Shown here: positions 25,155 through 38,240 of the stretch, piece by piece
Layout of the letters: the number at the start of each line of letters is the position of its first letter
How positions within the stretch are numbered: the stretch's first letter is position 1
Made by a program: the position numbers and the translations under genes
NCBI RefSeq assembly: GCF_963676685.1
Contig: NC_092345.1
Location: forward strand, 60,884,001-60,948,000
Direction: 5' to 3'
DNA length: 64,000 nt
DNA from: Mytilus edulis
Taxonomy: Eukaryota
Notes under the pieces: generated by a model
The model's database searches: none
Seen by the model: only the letters and a program-made list of their open reading frames with translations
What the model was told of the DNA's origin: nothing

Positions 25155-26235
25155 CCATTTGACGTGGCTTGGTACTTGTACATCCCTTCATTGTGTTATT
25201 GTTCTCGAATTCTTGTCTTTCATTTTGCTGTGCTTTGTCTATATTCCTTTTGGTGTTTCATTGATACATATGACGTGGCTCTGTACTTATACATCCCGTT
25301 ATTGTGATATTGTAAAACATTTTTGTATTCTTGTTATTCATTTTTGCTAATGTGCTTGTGCTTTGTCAATATGCCTTTTTTTATGTTTCCTTGATACATA
25401 TACGACGTTGTTCTGTACTTATACATCTTGTCATTGTGTTGTTGTACTACGGTAAATTTGTGTAATCTAGTCTCTTATTTTAGCTGATTTGCTTGTCTAT
25501 ATGTCATTTTATGCTTCTTTATTACATATTTATAAAAAAAGAAGATGTGGTATGATTGCCAATGCGACAACCGTCCACAAGAGACCAAAATGACACAGAA
25601 ATTAACAACTAAATGTCACCGCACGGCCTTCAACAATGAGCAAAGCCCCATACCGCATAGTCAGCTATAAAAGGCCATGAAATGACAATGTAAAACAATT
25701 CAAACGAGAAAACTAACGGCCTTATCTATATAAAAAATGAATGAAAAACAAATATGTAACACATAAACAAACGACAACCACTGAACTACAGGCTCCTGAC
25801 TTGGAACAGGCACATACATACATAATGTGGCGGGGTTAAACATGAAAGTGGGATCCCAACCCTCCCCTAACCTGGGACAGTGATATAACAGTACAACATA
25901 AGAACGAATTGTTTGTTTTTATAGTGATTACGAATAAAACACAATGTTGACTACTGTACCCCTATTTTGGACATTTTTACCTATTATGTCTGTTTGTTTT
26001 GTTCAATATAATGAAATTTGATGCGACTGTCATTCTAGTGAGAGGTTTATCTAGTTATAAAACCAGGTTTAATACACCATTTTCTACATTAGAAAATGCA
26101 TGTACCAAGTCAGGAATATGACAGTTCTCATCAATTCGTTTGATTTGTTTGATCTTTTGATTTTGCATTCGATTAGAGAATTTCCTTTTTGAATTTTCCT
26201 CGGAGTTCAGTATTTTTAAGATTTGACTTTTTTCT
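25155..26235 (+). repeat. Composite repeat: three ~110-130-bp tandem units, an inserted family B copy (25532-25905), and a family C 3' part
   Basis: gacgtNg...gtactt.tacatc occurs three times. The family C block aaaccaggtt.aat.caccattttctacat...ccaagtcaggaatatgacag...cggagttcagtatttt also occurs at ~39355-39574, 42437-42662 (+) and ~18280-18380, 33921-34056, 49310-49525 (-). Confidence 0.75.
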
Positions 26236-27638
26236 GTACCTTCCTTTTTTGTTTAGTATGTTTACCCTCATTTGGTTAATTAGTCTGACATACAACATTA
26301 TAAGCCTACTATCTGTGATGAGTTTTACGACCACCGGTCATGCATAAACACAGTGATATCATTAGCTTAATAGTCGACGGATTAAATTTTAAGTTTTAAA
26401 TGCCTTTCAACATTTTTTTTTTGTTTTTCTGTTTTATTTTAATCACCAACGATGAATCTCATGACATGTTTTTCACTTATACCGTTGATTCAAAGCGTTT
26501 AATTTTGCATGTCAGTTGTTATGGATTTCCACTTTTTGAATTTGATTTTGTGTTCGATATTTTTGTTATACTTTTTTTCTATTCCAGTGCAAAAGAAAAG
26601 TTGTATGCACACATAACGCGCACCTGACATACTTTATAATAACCCTTGTATCTTTCATTTGTATTTTTTTCTATCAATGCACATGTGTACTTTGGAGGAA
26701 TAACAATTTTGTTCAGATTGAGTGCGTATGACTGTGTTCTTTGACGCACACTCAACGTTTGTGGTCACAATTTAAGCGTAGATGCAAAGTTTTTGAAGAA
26801 ACTTTCTGCTTTGAATTGACAAAGTAAAACTGCAAAAAATGATGGGTAAACATATATACTCTAACCTTAGCAAATATTGATTAACATGGAGCTTTTAACG
26901 CGATTGCTTTGTTCTTTTGATGTTTCTCCTAGCTAATGTATATACATGGTGAATGTTTGATATTTTGATTGGTACTGATTCAAAATATCTCCTAATAATT
27001 TGCATTTGAAGATCATATAACACTCTGGATAGACAATTAAGCATCACCACCGATGGGATTGCGACATGGTTTAGACAAATAAACATGTGACGGGTTTTAC
27101 CAAGTTATATTTACATTCAGCTCTCAGGGCTTCCATGTTATCTTGTCGGGTGGAAGAACGAATGCCACGAATTTAACAAATGATAGAACCACCCACAAAA
27201 ATGATTATATAAATCAATATATGTAATTACTGGATTTTCTGAATCGCCTACCTTGTAATTATTAAATAATTCCTTCTTCCACTGTTATATCGTTCTATTT
27301 TACCTGTACTAAGATTGTATCTGCAACTTCATTAAATGTGCAGATATTAAAGATAAACGGTATTAGGTGCAGTGTCCATGGTAATTGATATTTTAAATTC
27401 GACGATTATTAACAACTATTTTAAGTATATATGCAATACCTTACATACCAGATTGGTTACACGAAGTTTACAGTTCATTTATTTATTTACAAACACTTCC
27501 TTTTACTTCAGGTGTAGAGTGTAAAATGGGGCAATTTTTTTAATTTGCTACAACTTATTTACCTTTGAAATATTTCCTGCTTGTTTAATGAACAAAGCTT
27601 AAACAGAAGACTTCCTGAATGGGTATTTAATATGTAAA

Positions 27639-27693
27639 ATGTCCATTTCAACACTCATTTTTCACATTTGGATTTTGATATTCATAAATTTAG
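27639..27693 (+). CDS. Mucin-like membrane protein, coding exon 1 (signal peptide MSISTLIFHIWILIFINL)
   Basis: ATG in an aaaATG context, a hydrophobic 18-aa peptide, and a consensus donor ag|gtgagt in phase 1 that matches the acceptor at 36049. Upstream acceptor ttttacttcag at ~27511 and a possible 5' UTR donor ag|gtgagc at ~24702. Confidence 0.65.
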
Positions 27694-28368
27694 GTGAGTG
27701 ACGTACCGCATTTAGTTAATTATATCACAATCACGTTCATCTTCCGATTATATGATCTTTATATAATACATTCATTTAGCGTTCTACTAGAATTAACGAA
27801 CGGGAATATATGAAATTTGAAATATTGAATCAATGAACACTTTTTTTTGCTGGATTTAAGTCAATTTATTAAAGATAGCTGAGTGGTTTTCTATAGGAAT
27901 ACGCTAAAACAAGTAAACTATACAGGAAGTTCTTTGAATTTGCTATCCTTCATCGTTATATTGGAGTTAAATGTCATACAATAGTCTTAAATAAGCTGTA
28001 GAATGAGACGATGTTGCGTAATGTTCAGATTTAATTTGTACAACATTTTACTGAAAAAAATCTAGACAAATTAATTTATTCTCTTGCTTCAAATTATAAA
28101 GTATTTGGTGCAACACTACTGTTACTTTTATCAATAGATTTGTTAAGCCAAACATAAAGATTGCAAGAACTTCTTAAACTTTATTTGCGTTTTAAATAGT
28201 AATGCTTTAAACACTGGGTTTACCTTTTATATAATTCCTGCTAGTAGTATAAAATTATACAATTTGTTGATTTTCATTCTGTGGCGAAAGCCTTTGGATA
28301 AGATATAGCGATTTTGACTAATTTATGATATATTTATCCCTTTTGGAGTCGTTTTGTTAAAAAAAAAT

Positions 28369-29099
28369 GGAAGAGACCCGTTTGCGTCAAAAATGCGTCC
28401 TTTTGCGCCACCCCTTTTCTCTAATAAGCATGCGAGTGCGCCAATTAGAAGAAAAATGACTTCACTCCTCCTTTTATCGGACTTAGACCGGCAGTTTACA
28501 CGGCAAATGTTTCCTTTTCTGAAACATACTTTCTTTCTTCTTACTGCTGCAGCATGGATACTTCCCAATTTTATGTATGTAGTAGCTCGTAACTTCACTT
28601 CATTGTTTAAAAAAAGAGACAAAAATTGAAGGATGAAATGCATAAACAGTTCATGATAATTCCCGTGGAATGCTTCTGCTCCATTACTGGTACGTCTTGC
28701 GGTAGATAGAGTTTCAGCCCATACGGATGGTGGGAACAAAGCACTGTGTCATCAACAAATGTGGCTTAAACATAATCAGCAATTTAAAGCTTCTATTTTC
28801 TTCTCTTTTGGCATATCTGTATTAAATATTTAGCAAATCAATAAGTTCTCTCTCTGTACATGAACTGTCTAATGCATTTCAAGTCATTTCTCTCCAGATC
28901 CTCATCTTCATGGTGAAATATCTCCGAACATATGATACTTGTTAAGACAAAAATAAGAATAAATATTAATCATTAATATTTATGATAGATATGTGTACAG
29001 GTAAATTGGAGCAAATGAGTTCGATTATTATTTTGATAACAAAATTTTGCGCAAATGATTCCCATGAAAAACAGTAATTGGCGCAAAAGGACTGCTGCC
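28369..29099 (-). mobile_element. Internally deleted Mutator-like element (MULE), copy 1
   Basis: Imperfect TIRs with tttgcgcca subrepeats; 9-bp TSD aaaaaaaat/ataaaaaat; transposase relic FPPSVW...RRTSNGAEAFH...TYIK. Confidence 0.82.
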
Positions 29100-29482
29100 A
29101 TAAAAAATGAAATCATTTTGTTAAGTGTAATCTAAGACGTCACTGTAATCTTCACGTATTGAATCAAGCAAATTAACGGTTACAGGGAATACTAATGCTT
29201 TATTTTCCAAAAGCAATAAAGCTTATAGGCATATAGCAAAATATACATAAAATGTAAGTACACACATACATGCATACACAGTAATAGATAGGGAAACATA
29301 TCGATAAAATTGAATAATAATAATAGTGGTGGAGCACGATACACAACATTTATGCATTTCGAAATGTTTTGGCAACACCATTCCCTTGATTATTAAGTTC
29401 TTTTAACGACAACTGAACAAGTTTTAAAAGCTGGATTTCACCAGTAGTATTGTTTTGTATATCTTTAACTTATATTTCATAT

Positions 29483-31904
29483 TTTATATACTCGTTTTAC
29501 CTATGAGTAGTTGTGTAAAACGGACAGTCGAAGTTCTGTTTTTAAATGTGTTTTATGTTTTTCCGTCATGTATATGCATGTAATATTTGCCACTGAACTA
29601 CACCAACAACTGATCAACCATGTAAGAATCCCATTCAAATAAACCAATAAATAACTTTATATCCGAAAATGACGCGAGTTCCCAACATGATAATCTCTGT
29701 ATCTAATTATAGTTCAATAGTCGAAGTGAAATCATGTGCAATTTAATATATTAAATGTTGTATCCTACTGTGATGCTGGTTTCAATGTCGCTTTAACCAT
29801 AAGTCTCATGTTATGCTGTTTGCTATACACGTGTAATAGCACAATATGATTTGTGAGGATTTTGACACTGCAGACTCTTTATTATCATTTTATCCCCATT
29901 ATCAATCAATCAGTTAGTATGAGAATCTTCGCAGGACATCAAACTGTGAAATTTTTGTGTGTCGATATGCTCATTAGCTTCACTGTTTTAAACTTTGACA
30001 TCTGATAAAAATCTGAGGTCAAATGTGTTAAAGGTTCCTGTTTGGTGAATGTTATCTTAGTGTAGTGTCAGTAAACTGTAGATTCAATAGTAACTTTATC
30101 ATGGAACCATTGCTACTAAACGAAAAGGTTTTAATGTAATATATATTTATTATGAAAATTACACCAGATAAAATGAAGACGTATTTCCTGTACTAAACAT
30201 ATAAAACATATCAAATTGTTTGGCCTTGGGAAATCACTCAACTATCTGACGAAAAATTTTGCTCCAGGACTTTGTCAGGAAGCGATTCTTTCGTGGAAAG
30301 AAGACCAGCTGACAAGCCACTACGCTCAACTTGAACAACACAACTGACAAAAGAATGATAAAGCGAAGCTTCATCTGACGGCCCATGCGTGGCAGTGGAC
30401 CAGCCCCCGCGTGACGGTGGGCTACAATGTTTTAAGGTGTTGAGTTGAGGTTGGAGATGTTAAATGAAAAATGCTTGGAAAATGAATGAAAAATATGAAT
30501 GATAAGTGAAATATTTGAAAAGGTTCACTTGTTGAGTTCTTTCCCTTGTCGTTGAAATATTGAAGGTGAATCATGCGGTGGGGTAGGATGGAGGTTGTTT
30601 TGAGAATAAGTTATAAAAGCTGTTGCCACAAGGAGCAATTACTAAGACTGTGATCAACTTGTTTTTCACGTGACACATATAATGTAAAACTGCAAGCACG
30701 CAACTTTATCTAACCTATATTTATTATGACCTCTTAACCGATATTTAATGTCGAGTAACGGGTTATGCAGAAACGGGTTAAGAAAAGTCATCGGCACCAT
30801 TAAACAGCTGGTAATAAACAACTCGTCTATAAACCATGATTATACAATTATATAATCTACCATTTATATACTCGTTTTACCTATGAGTAGTTGTGTAAAA
30901 CGGACAGTCGAAGTTCTGTTTTTAAATGTGTTTTATGTTTTTCCGTCATGTATATGCATGTAATATTTGCCACTGAACTACACCAACAACTGATCAACCA
31001 TGTAAGAATCCCATTCAAATAAACCAATAAATAACTTTATATCCGAAAATGACGCGAGTTCCCAACATGATAATCTCTGTATCTAATTATAGTTCAATAG
31101 TCGAAGTGAAATCATGTGCAATTTAATATATTAAATGTTGTATCCTACTGTGATGCTGGTTTCAATGTCGCTTTAACCATAAGTCTCATGTTATGCTGTT
31201 TGCTATACACGTGTAATAGCACAATATGATTTGTGAGGATTTTGACACTGCAGACTCTTTATTATCATTTTATCCCCATTATCAATCAATCAGTTAGTAT
31301 GAGAATCTTCGCAGGACATCAAACTGTGAAATTTTTGTGTGTCGATATGCTCATTAGCTTCACTGTTTTAAACTTTGACATCTGATAAAAATCTGAGGTC
31401 AAATGTGTTAAAGGTTCCTGTTTGGTGAATGTTATCTTAGTGTAGTGTCAGTAAACTGTAGATTCAATAGTAACTTTATCATGGAACCATTGCTACTAAA
31501 CGAAAAGGTTTTAATGTAATATATATTTATTATGAAAATTACACCAGATAAAATGAAGACGTATTTCCTGTACTAAACATATAAAACATATCAAATTGTT
31601 TGGCCTTGGGAAATCACTCAACTATCTGACGAAAAATTTTGCTCCAGGACTTTGTCAGGAAGCGATTCTTTCGTGGAAAGAAGACCAGCTGACAAGCCAC
31701 TACGCTCAACTTGAACAACACAACTGACAAAAGAATGATAAAGCGAAGCTTCATCTGACGGCCCATGCGTGGCAGTGGACCAGCCCCCGCGTGACGGTGG
31801 GCTACAATGTTTTAAGGTGTTGAGTTGAGGTTGGAGATGTTAAATGAAAAATGCTTGGAAAATGAATGAAAAATATGAATGATAAGTGAAATATTTGAAA
31901 AGGT
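29483..31904. repeat. Direct duplication of 1042 bp (29483-30524 and 30863-31904), apparently identical, with a 338-bp spacer
   Basis: Line-by-line identity at an offset of 1380 bp. Confidence 0.95.
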
Positions 31905-32589
31905 GCCAAGAAACTCTGACGAAGTAATGATTAGAAATCAGATGAGTCTGAGTGACCCCCAAGTATTTAGAATAAGGAATCCCCCAGGACCACCTTCAAT
32001 AAGTCAACGAATAACACAATAATAAGCTAAATATAAGAAACAAAATATACATATTAAGCAAGCATGCAGTTCTACTGCCAATAAATCGAAGTTGACTATA
32101 CTATACCATTCTTACATATTGAAATAAAACAAAATCAATTCATCTATCGTTACACAATGTACACTATCTTTCATTTCTGTCTAAATTATAAAAGCGACCA
32201 GTTTCAACCTCCAACATGCACTTGTGCAAATAATGTCACTACTTGTTGATGTGGTTCATAAATGTTTCTCGTTTGTTATATAGATTAGACCGTTGGTTTT
32301 CTCGTATAAATGGAAAACAATAATATAGTCATTTTTGGGGGCCCTTGATATCTTGCTTTTCGGTGTGAGCCAAGGCTCCGAGTTGAAGACCGTACTTTGA
32401 CCTATAATGGTTTACTTACAAAATGTGAATTGGATGGAGAGATGTCTCATTGGCACTCGTACCACATATTCTTATGTCTATATATTATATTTATACAAAT
32501 TAATGGTTTAAATACATACTTGACGGCTCTTCTAAATAAAACTAAAAACCATGTATATATATTTGTAAATTTTTTGATGATTCTTTAAA

Positions 32590-32960
32590 AACAATGTTGC
32601 TTCATTTACCATGCACCATTGGTTTACCAATGTTTGACATTAAGGAAATGCTTTGATAGTTTCCAGTTTTGATTCGTATTTCCTTTCTTGAAAACAGGAA
32701 CAATAACTCGTTTGATGCAAAGTTCTCGAAAATTTCCTGTATTAAATAAAGGCAACAGTAATATACCGCTGTTCGAAATGAATAAATCGATAGAGAAAAA
32801 AAACAAATCTGGGTTACAAACTGAAACTGAGGGAAACATTATTAAATAGAGTACACAATACTGGAACCAAATGTTTCCTGTTAGCAAATACTCAGTAATT
32901 ATAGTGTCAGAGCGGGTTGATTTGCATTGCTTTAAATGGTGCACGCATCTGTCAAAAAAG
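32590..32960 (-). mobile_element. Decayed non-LTR RT N-terminal fragment
   Basis: VIVPVFKKG followed, after a frameshift, by NYQSISLMSNIGK; interrupted by a short repeat at ~32742-32850. Confidence 0.6.
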
Positions 32961-34439
32961 TTCCTTAAAAACCTTTTCAGCACAAGTCATTTTAGCTTAT
33001 GGTTTTTTTAAATGATCTTCAAATTGTTGGAGTTCTACAGTATTTATCATAGGAGTTGTTTTTTTCTTGAATTTACGGAATGTGTCATCCTTGTCCTAAA
33101 TGTTTGTAAGTTGTCATCTTTATCCTAAATTTTAATTAGAAATATTGCTATGAAAAATCATACATACAAGTATAACCTGCATGTTACGTTGGAAATACTA
33201 AAGAAAAATAAAGGCCGATCAGTTTCATTTATAATATTATAAAGTATGATACCTTTAGAGTAAAAATGTCGCTCGACTACTCGTATATTATATCAATCAA
33301 CAAAACGACCGGAAACCAATTGTCTTAATTTAGACGTGATAACAGGCATTTTTCGAGACACAATTAGGGGGAGGGGTGCTATAGAAAGCTTCCTCTCTCA
33401 CTTGTGACAGTTATTTATAGATGTATATACAAGACTAAAGAGCCAATACATAGTAAAGTTTTAAGATTTAAGTTATCTGTCCTTGTCTAATGATGGTATA
33501 AATCAAACCGAAATTCATTTTTTTTGCCTTTTTATATTTTAATTGAACATTTTCTAAAGATTGAACTTCAACCAATCAATTCTTGTGTTTACCAAAATTA
33601 AGATGTCAATAAACTAAACATAACATTTAAATATCATCAGGAACGGTCGATATACGTGGATAAAAGCCCGTCCGGATTGACATACGTGTTTTACACCACA
33701 TACCGGCATATTTAATGCTATGGGATTAATTAAAAAGTAAAATAACAAAAATATCCGACTCCGAGGGATATAAATATAGAGTTACTTGTTTATGAGGAGT
33801 AACGGATTTAAAATGACGATCTCATAATCTCTCATGTTTGATAATATGGTTGAGTATACTAATAGAAAGAATACGGCAAAGTTCTGCTGTTGACAGCAAA
33901 TTTGACACTTTTGATCGACTAAAAAGTAAAATAACCATAAAGAAAAACGAACTACGAGGAAAATTCAAAACGGAAAGTCCGAAATCAAATGGCAAAATCA
34001 AAACCTCAAACACATGAAACGAATGGATAACAACTGGTATATTCCTGACTTGGTACGTAATTGACGAATAATATTGATGAAAATATTTGCGACATAAGCG
34101 TACCTTTTTTTATGCAGCGTTAAGATTGCAAAATCATTAAAGGTGTTTTATTCACAAAAATAATTTGTATTGAGATTATATCTACGTATACTCAGTAATA
34201 TATTGTTCTTTCGTTGTAATCAAACGAAATGCATCGGTAGTACCATTACGTTATAAAGCAAACAAGTTTAATAACTATCATGCAAACATTTTTGCCTAAA
34301 TAAACATATTTGTAAAAGTCATAATCACATACTCTTGAGAATTATTTGCATTATGCAGTTCTTTATTATTATAGATTCGAGCGTAGTTTCGAATCGAAAA
34401 GGGATAAAATATGCAATTTGTAAAACACCTCTTATTCAA

Positions 34440-34775
34440 CCAACAAATGCTCTGAAACTGATGTCAGCAAGATGTCTAATTGTTTTGTTTAGAGGATCTG
34501 TTTTAAACAAATGACTGGCTTGCCTATGGGAACCAATACTGCTCCTCTTCTTGCTGTTTAGTTCCTCAATTCATACAATGCAAAGTTCATAAAGGAACTT
34601 TTCAGGAAGAACGAAAAAAAAAATATCAGTATCCTTTAAATTGATGTTGCGCTATATATATAGATAATGTCCATCCAGTAAATAATTTTAAAGTTTGAGG
34701 ACTATTGTGAACGCATTCTTCGTACTTGGAATGAAGGATAGCACATATACAACTAAGTGTGCTTCATATCTTGAG
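34440..34775 (+). mobile_element. Penelope-like element RT relic
   Basis: Relics of G.PMGTN.APLLA.FL.SY (34516-34576), RYID and ASYL motifs, with frameshifts. Confidence 0.75.
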
Positions 34776-34964
34776 AATTATAGAATCCAAAGAAATATAA
34801 AAATATTATGTAAAACTATTGTGTCAATAATCTAGACCATGCATGCATTGCCGATATAAAGACCTAAATGTTTTGAACAAATAAAACAGTTAGAGACATT
34901 TACCGTATCATTGATATTCGTGTATCGACCAATTTGTTATAAAAATTAAATAATAAAGGAATAT

Positions 34965-35655
34965 ATTTTTACGTCGAACGCGTGTTTCGTCTCCATCAGA
35001 CTCGTCAGTGACACTCGAATGCATCATTAATAAGGCCATATTAAACATCAGTATTTTAGAGCATTGGAAACCAAATATTCCGATTGATTGCGACAAATAT
35101 GACTCAGTCTATCTATGACTGTAAAGAAAATTCCAGTATTTAGAATAATGAAAAATTTTGTCAATAGAACGTTTACAAAAATCAACCGTTCCATTGATGT
35201 TTCATTTCAACATCGAATTCCTGACTAATTGGCTCTTACTATCATCCGAAACGACAGTCTACAGGCAATGCATTAACCCAGTGGATGTAAAACTCATGAT
35301 AAACTGGGCTCATGACAACCGCGCGTTTCGTCTACATATAAGGATCAACAGCGGAAACGAATCAGTCGACGTTATAGAGTATTGAATATAAATAATCATC
35401 ACACAATGGTTCCAAATACAACAAAGGCAATCTCTGCCTGTTTGTATAAAAAAACCTCAGTGATTAGAAAAAGTCAAAATGTTGAGATAATTTACAGAAC
35501 TTGACTATACCATTGGTATCGAATGTTAACACTATCCTGCCATATTGGCCATTGATACGTCCAATAGCAATGACACAGTGGTTGCCATCATTAAACGATC
35601 ACTTTTATCATTTGTTACTTGGGACGCGTGTTTCATCGACATTGCAGTCAGCTTC
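34965..35655 (-). mobile_element. Decayed tandem retrozyme array (three hammerhead positions)
   Basis: GAAA boxes (tttc on +) at 34985, 35326 and 35631, spaced 341 and 305 bp; spacers resemble the 40580-40975 unit. Confidence 0.65.
34971..35016 (-). ncRNA. Minimal type I hammerhead ribozyme motif
   Basis: Minus strand reads GAGTGTCA-CTGACGA-GTCT-GATGG-AGAC-GAAA-C-ACGC-GTT-CGACGT: intact core boxes and helix II, minimal helix III, GUU cleavage triplet, imperfect helix I. Activity not shown. Confidence 0.7.
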
Positions 35656-36048
35656 TATGGGCAAATTTCCATATTATAAGAAGAGAATTATTTTAACATA
35701 AAGCAAAAATGTCATTACGGTAACGTTTAGTGTGATTACATGTTTCAATAATAAGGATTTTTATAGTTCTCACTGAGTGAGGCAATAGACATAATAATAC
35801 AAGAACAAGTCTGCTGTTACATGGTTGCAATTGGTACAGACGGGAATAATCTCAAATTGTCTACATTATTGCATTTTTCACTTGATAATATCATTTGGTA
35901 TTGGTATGTTTATGACAAAAAAATGTAAAAAGATATATTGCGAAATGATTTTGTATTGTTTCTAAAAAGTTTTAGATAAAGCATTATACAATACGGGAGA
36001 CAAACGATAATCAAATATATTTGTTTATACGCTTTATTCTTTCAACAG

Positions 36049-36693
36049 ATGAAGCTTCAATTACTGCTCCTGACGAGTCCCTTACGTCTGTTACAGTACC
36101 AATGACATTTTCGCAAACAGCAAAGGATACGATCAAAACTACCTCCTTAGTATATCAGCCTGATACATCTTCATTGTCATCATCATCATCATCGACGTCG
36201 TCGTTTTGGTCGTCGTCGTCCTCCATATCCCCATCATCAGCAGCATCATCGACGTCGTCGTTTTCATCGTCGTCCGCACCATCATCATCATCGACGCCGT
36301 CATTTTCGACGTCGTCCTCCTCCATATCCTTATCAGCAGCAGCATCATCGACGTCGTCATTTTCATCGTCATCCTCACTATCATCACCAGAATCATCATC
36401 GACATCTTCCTCACCATCATCATCAGCAGAAGCATCATTATCATTAGTAGCAGCAAGAACAACTACAGAATCATCTCTATCATCATCACCATCATCATCA
36501 ACAACATCATCATCATCATCATCATCGTCGTCTTTAACACCAACAAAAACAATAGCAGCATCAACTTCCGGGCAGACATTTAATATATCTACTACAGAAC
36601 TTTGGTCTTCAGACATTTCTTCACACTCTCGGATAGAATCATCGACCAATGAAACATACAGATCTAAGGGTGACACAAATGCAGATTCTATAG
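36049..36693 (+). CDS. Mucin-like membrane protein, Ser/Thr-rich ectodomain exon
   Basis: Acceptor ttctttcaacag and donor ag|gtaaag; 645 bp, phase 1-1; poly-Ser/Thr tract. Confidence 0.85.
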
Positions 36694-37479
36694 GTAAAGA
36701 AACACACTTTTCTTCAGGTTGATATGTATTTAAATTGTACCTTTTCGCAGAGATGAGACTTATGCGGTATTGTTGTCTACTCTTTGTTCATTACTAGTAT
36801 GCGTTTATTAACATATTTCACCAAGTGTACCAGGCTTATAATTAAGTATATCAGACGCGTTTTAAGTCTACGTAACACTCATCTGTGGTGCTTGAACCAA
36901 TAAGTGCTATTTACCATCATGATAAAACTATTATGGTAAAATACATGTACTATCATCTACAAATTGTCGGATGAAAAGAAGTTGAAATCTCATAATTTAT
37001 CTAATAACTTAATTATTCTTTTGTAAGTTTGATAGTAAGTGATCCTGTACGACCATGTATGAAAGTTTAGGACATCCCCTGTTATGAAATTGATGATAAC
37101 TAGTGAACAAAATTTATTCGAAAATTCAAAAAATATCCATATTTAGCGATTACAAAGAGAAAGAACATGAAATAGTTTATTGAGAAGTCATACTTAGAAT
37201 AGGGTTGTCAGTAGAATTTATGAGATGGCAATTTAAAGATTGAATGAGAAATCACCGAATTTATATTTACCATAAGCAACAATTGGCACTAGTGAATCAG
37301 GATCTGCTTACCTTACTGGAGTTCCTGAAGTATTCTTCAAGCTTTTGGTAGGGTTCTTGTAACCTTAGTTTAAAGTTTAAGATGTGGTGTTTTGCTTTCC
37401 TTTCTGTCGTCTTTCGTTTTTTTCATGGCTTTGTCCGTCAACTTATGGGTTTTGAATGTCTATTGGTACTAACCGCCCC

Positions 37480-37722
37480 TTTTTTATGCCCCACCTACGA
37501 TAGTAGAGGGGCATAATGGTTTCTGGACTGTTTTTGGTCAAGGTAGTTTTTGATGAAAAAGAAGTCCAATCAACTTGAAACTTAGTATACATGTCCCCTA
37601 TGATATGGTCATTCTAATTTTAATGCAAAATTAGAGTTTTTACCCCAATTTCACTATCCACTATACATAGAAAATGATAGTGCAAGTGGGGCATCCGTGT
37701 ACTATGGACACATTCTTGTTTT
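37480..37722 (-). mobile_element. Short Helentron/DINE-like element
   Basis: Terminal hairpin atgcccc-acctacgatagtaga-ggggcat and distal ggggcat...cttgtttt, both ends in T-runs. Confidence 0.6.
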
Positions 37723-37805
37723 AAATGTTAGTAAAAAATAGCATTACTGTAAAAAAAGATTAATTTAAAAATAAAATTAATTAAAATATAACTAATCAAT
37801 TGTAG

Positions 37806-37884
37806 GGAGTATAATTGGCGGATCACTTGGTGGCGTTGTGTTTGTAGCAATAACCGTTGTCGTTTTAGTTTGCTGTATTAAACG
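37806..37884 (+). CDS. Mucin-like membrane protein, transmembrane exon (GSIIGGSLGGVVFVAITVVVLVCCIKR)
   Basis: tgtag acceptor, cg|gtatgt donor, phase 1-2; hydrophobic helix with GxxxG, juxtamembrane CC and a basic stop-transfer. Confidence 0.88.
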
Positions 37885-38240
37885 GTATGTATTTGTAGAG
37901 TAATAGTGTTTATCTGTTATATAAGTTTTGTCTCACTTTCTCATCATGATTTGGAATTCAAGATTCAAATTCAACAAATAGTTCAAAATTTGAAACGTAT
38001 TATTTAAAAAAAGAATAGTTTAAAACAATGATTTGTATATCCCTTTTTCCTCATGACTGTGATAATTTATGCAGCTGTTTAAAAAGAATATAGTATTAGA
38101 TAGGCAAATTTCATTCCCAAGAATTTCACGTGAATTTAGATTAAAAAGAGTTTCACGCGATATTCTTGTGAATCTCGTGCACCAAATTATTTTGGATCGT
38201 AAATTAAAACGTCTTAAGTTTATTTTCATTATCATTGCAG

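Noticed and set aside
29483-31904. Possible LTR retroelement or TRIM
   Set aside because: No TG...CA ends, PBS/PPT or TSD seen.
31916-31950. CTGACGA...GAAA spacing suggesting a hammerhead
   Set aside because: The helix II closing pair and helices I and III cannot be formed convincingly.
36155-36676. Asp-rich minus-strand ORF resembling acidic shell-matrix proteins (aspein/Asprich), plus overlapping Met-rich and Ile-rich ORFs
   Set aside because: These are shadow frames of the TCA/TCG Ser repeat. The plus-strand Ser frame has matching splice sites and phases; the Asp frame has no evident signal peptide or exon support.
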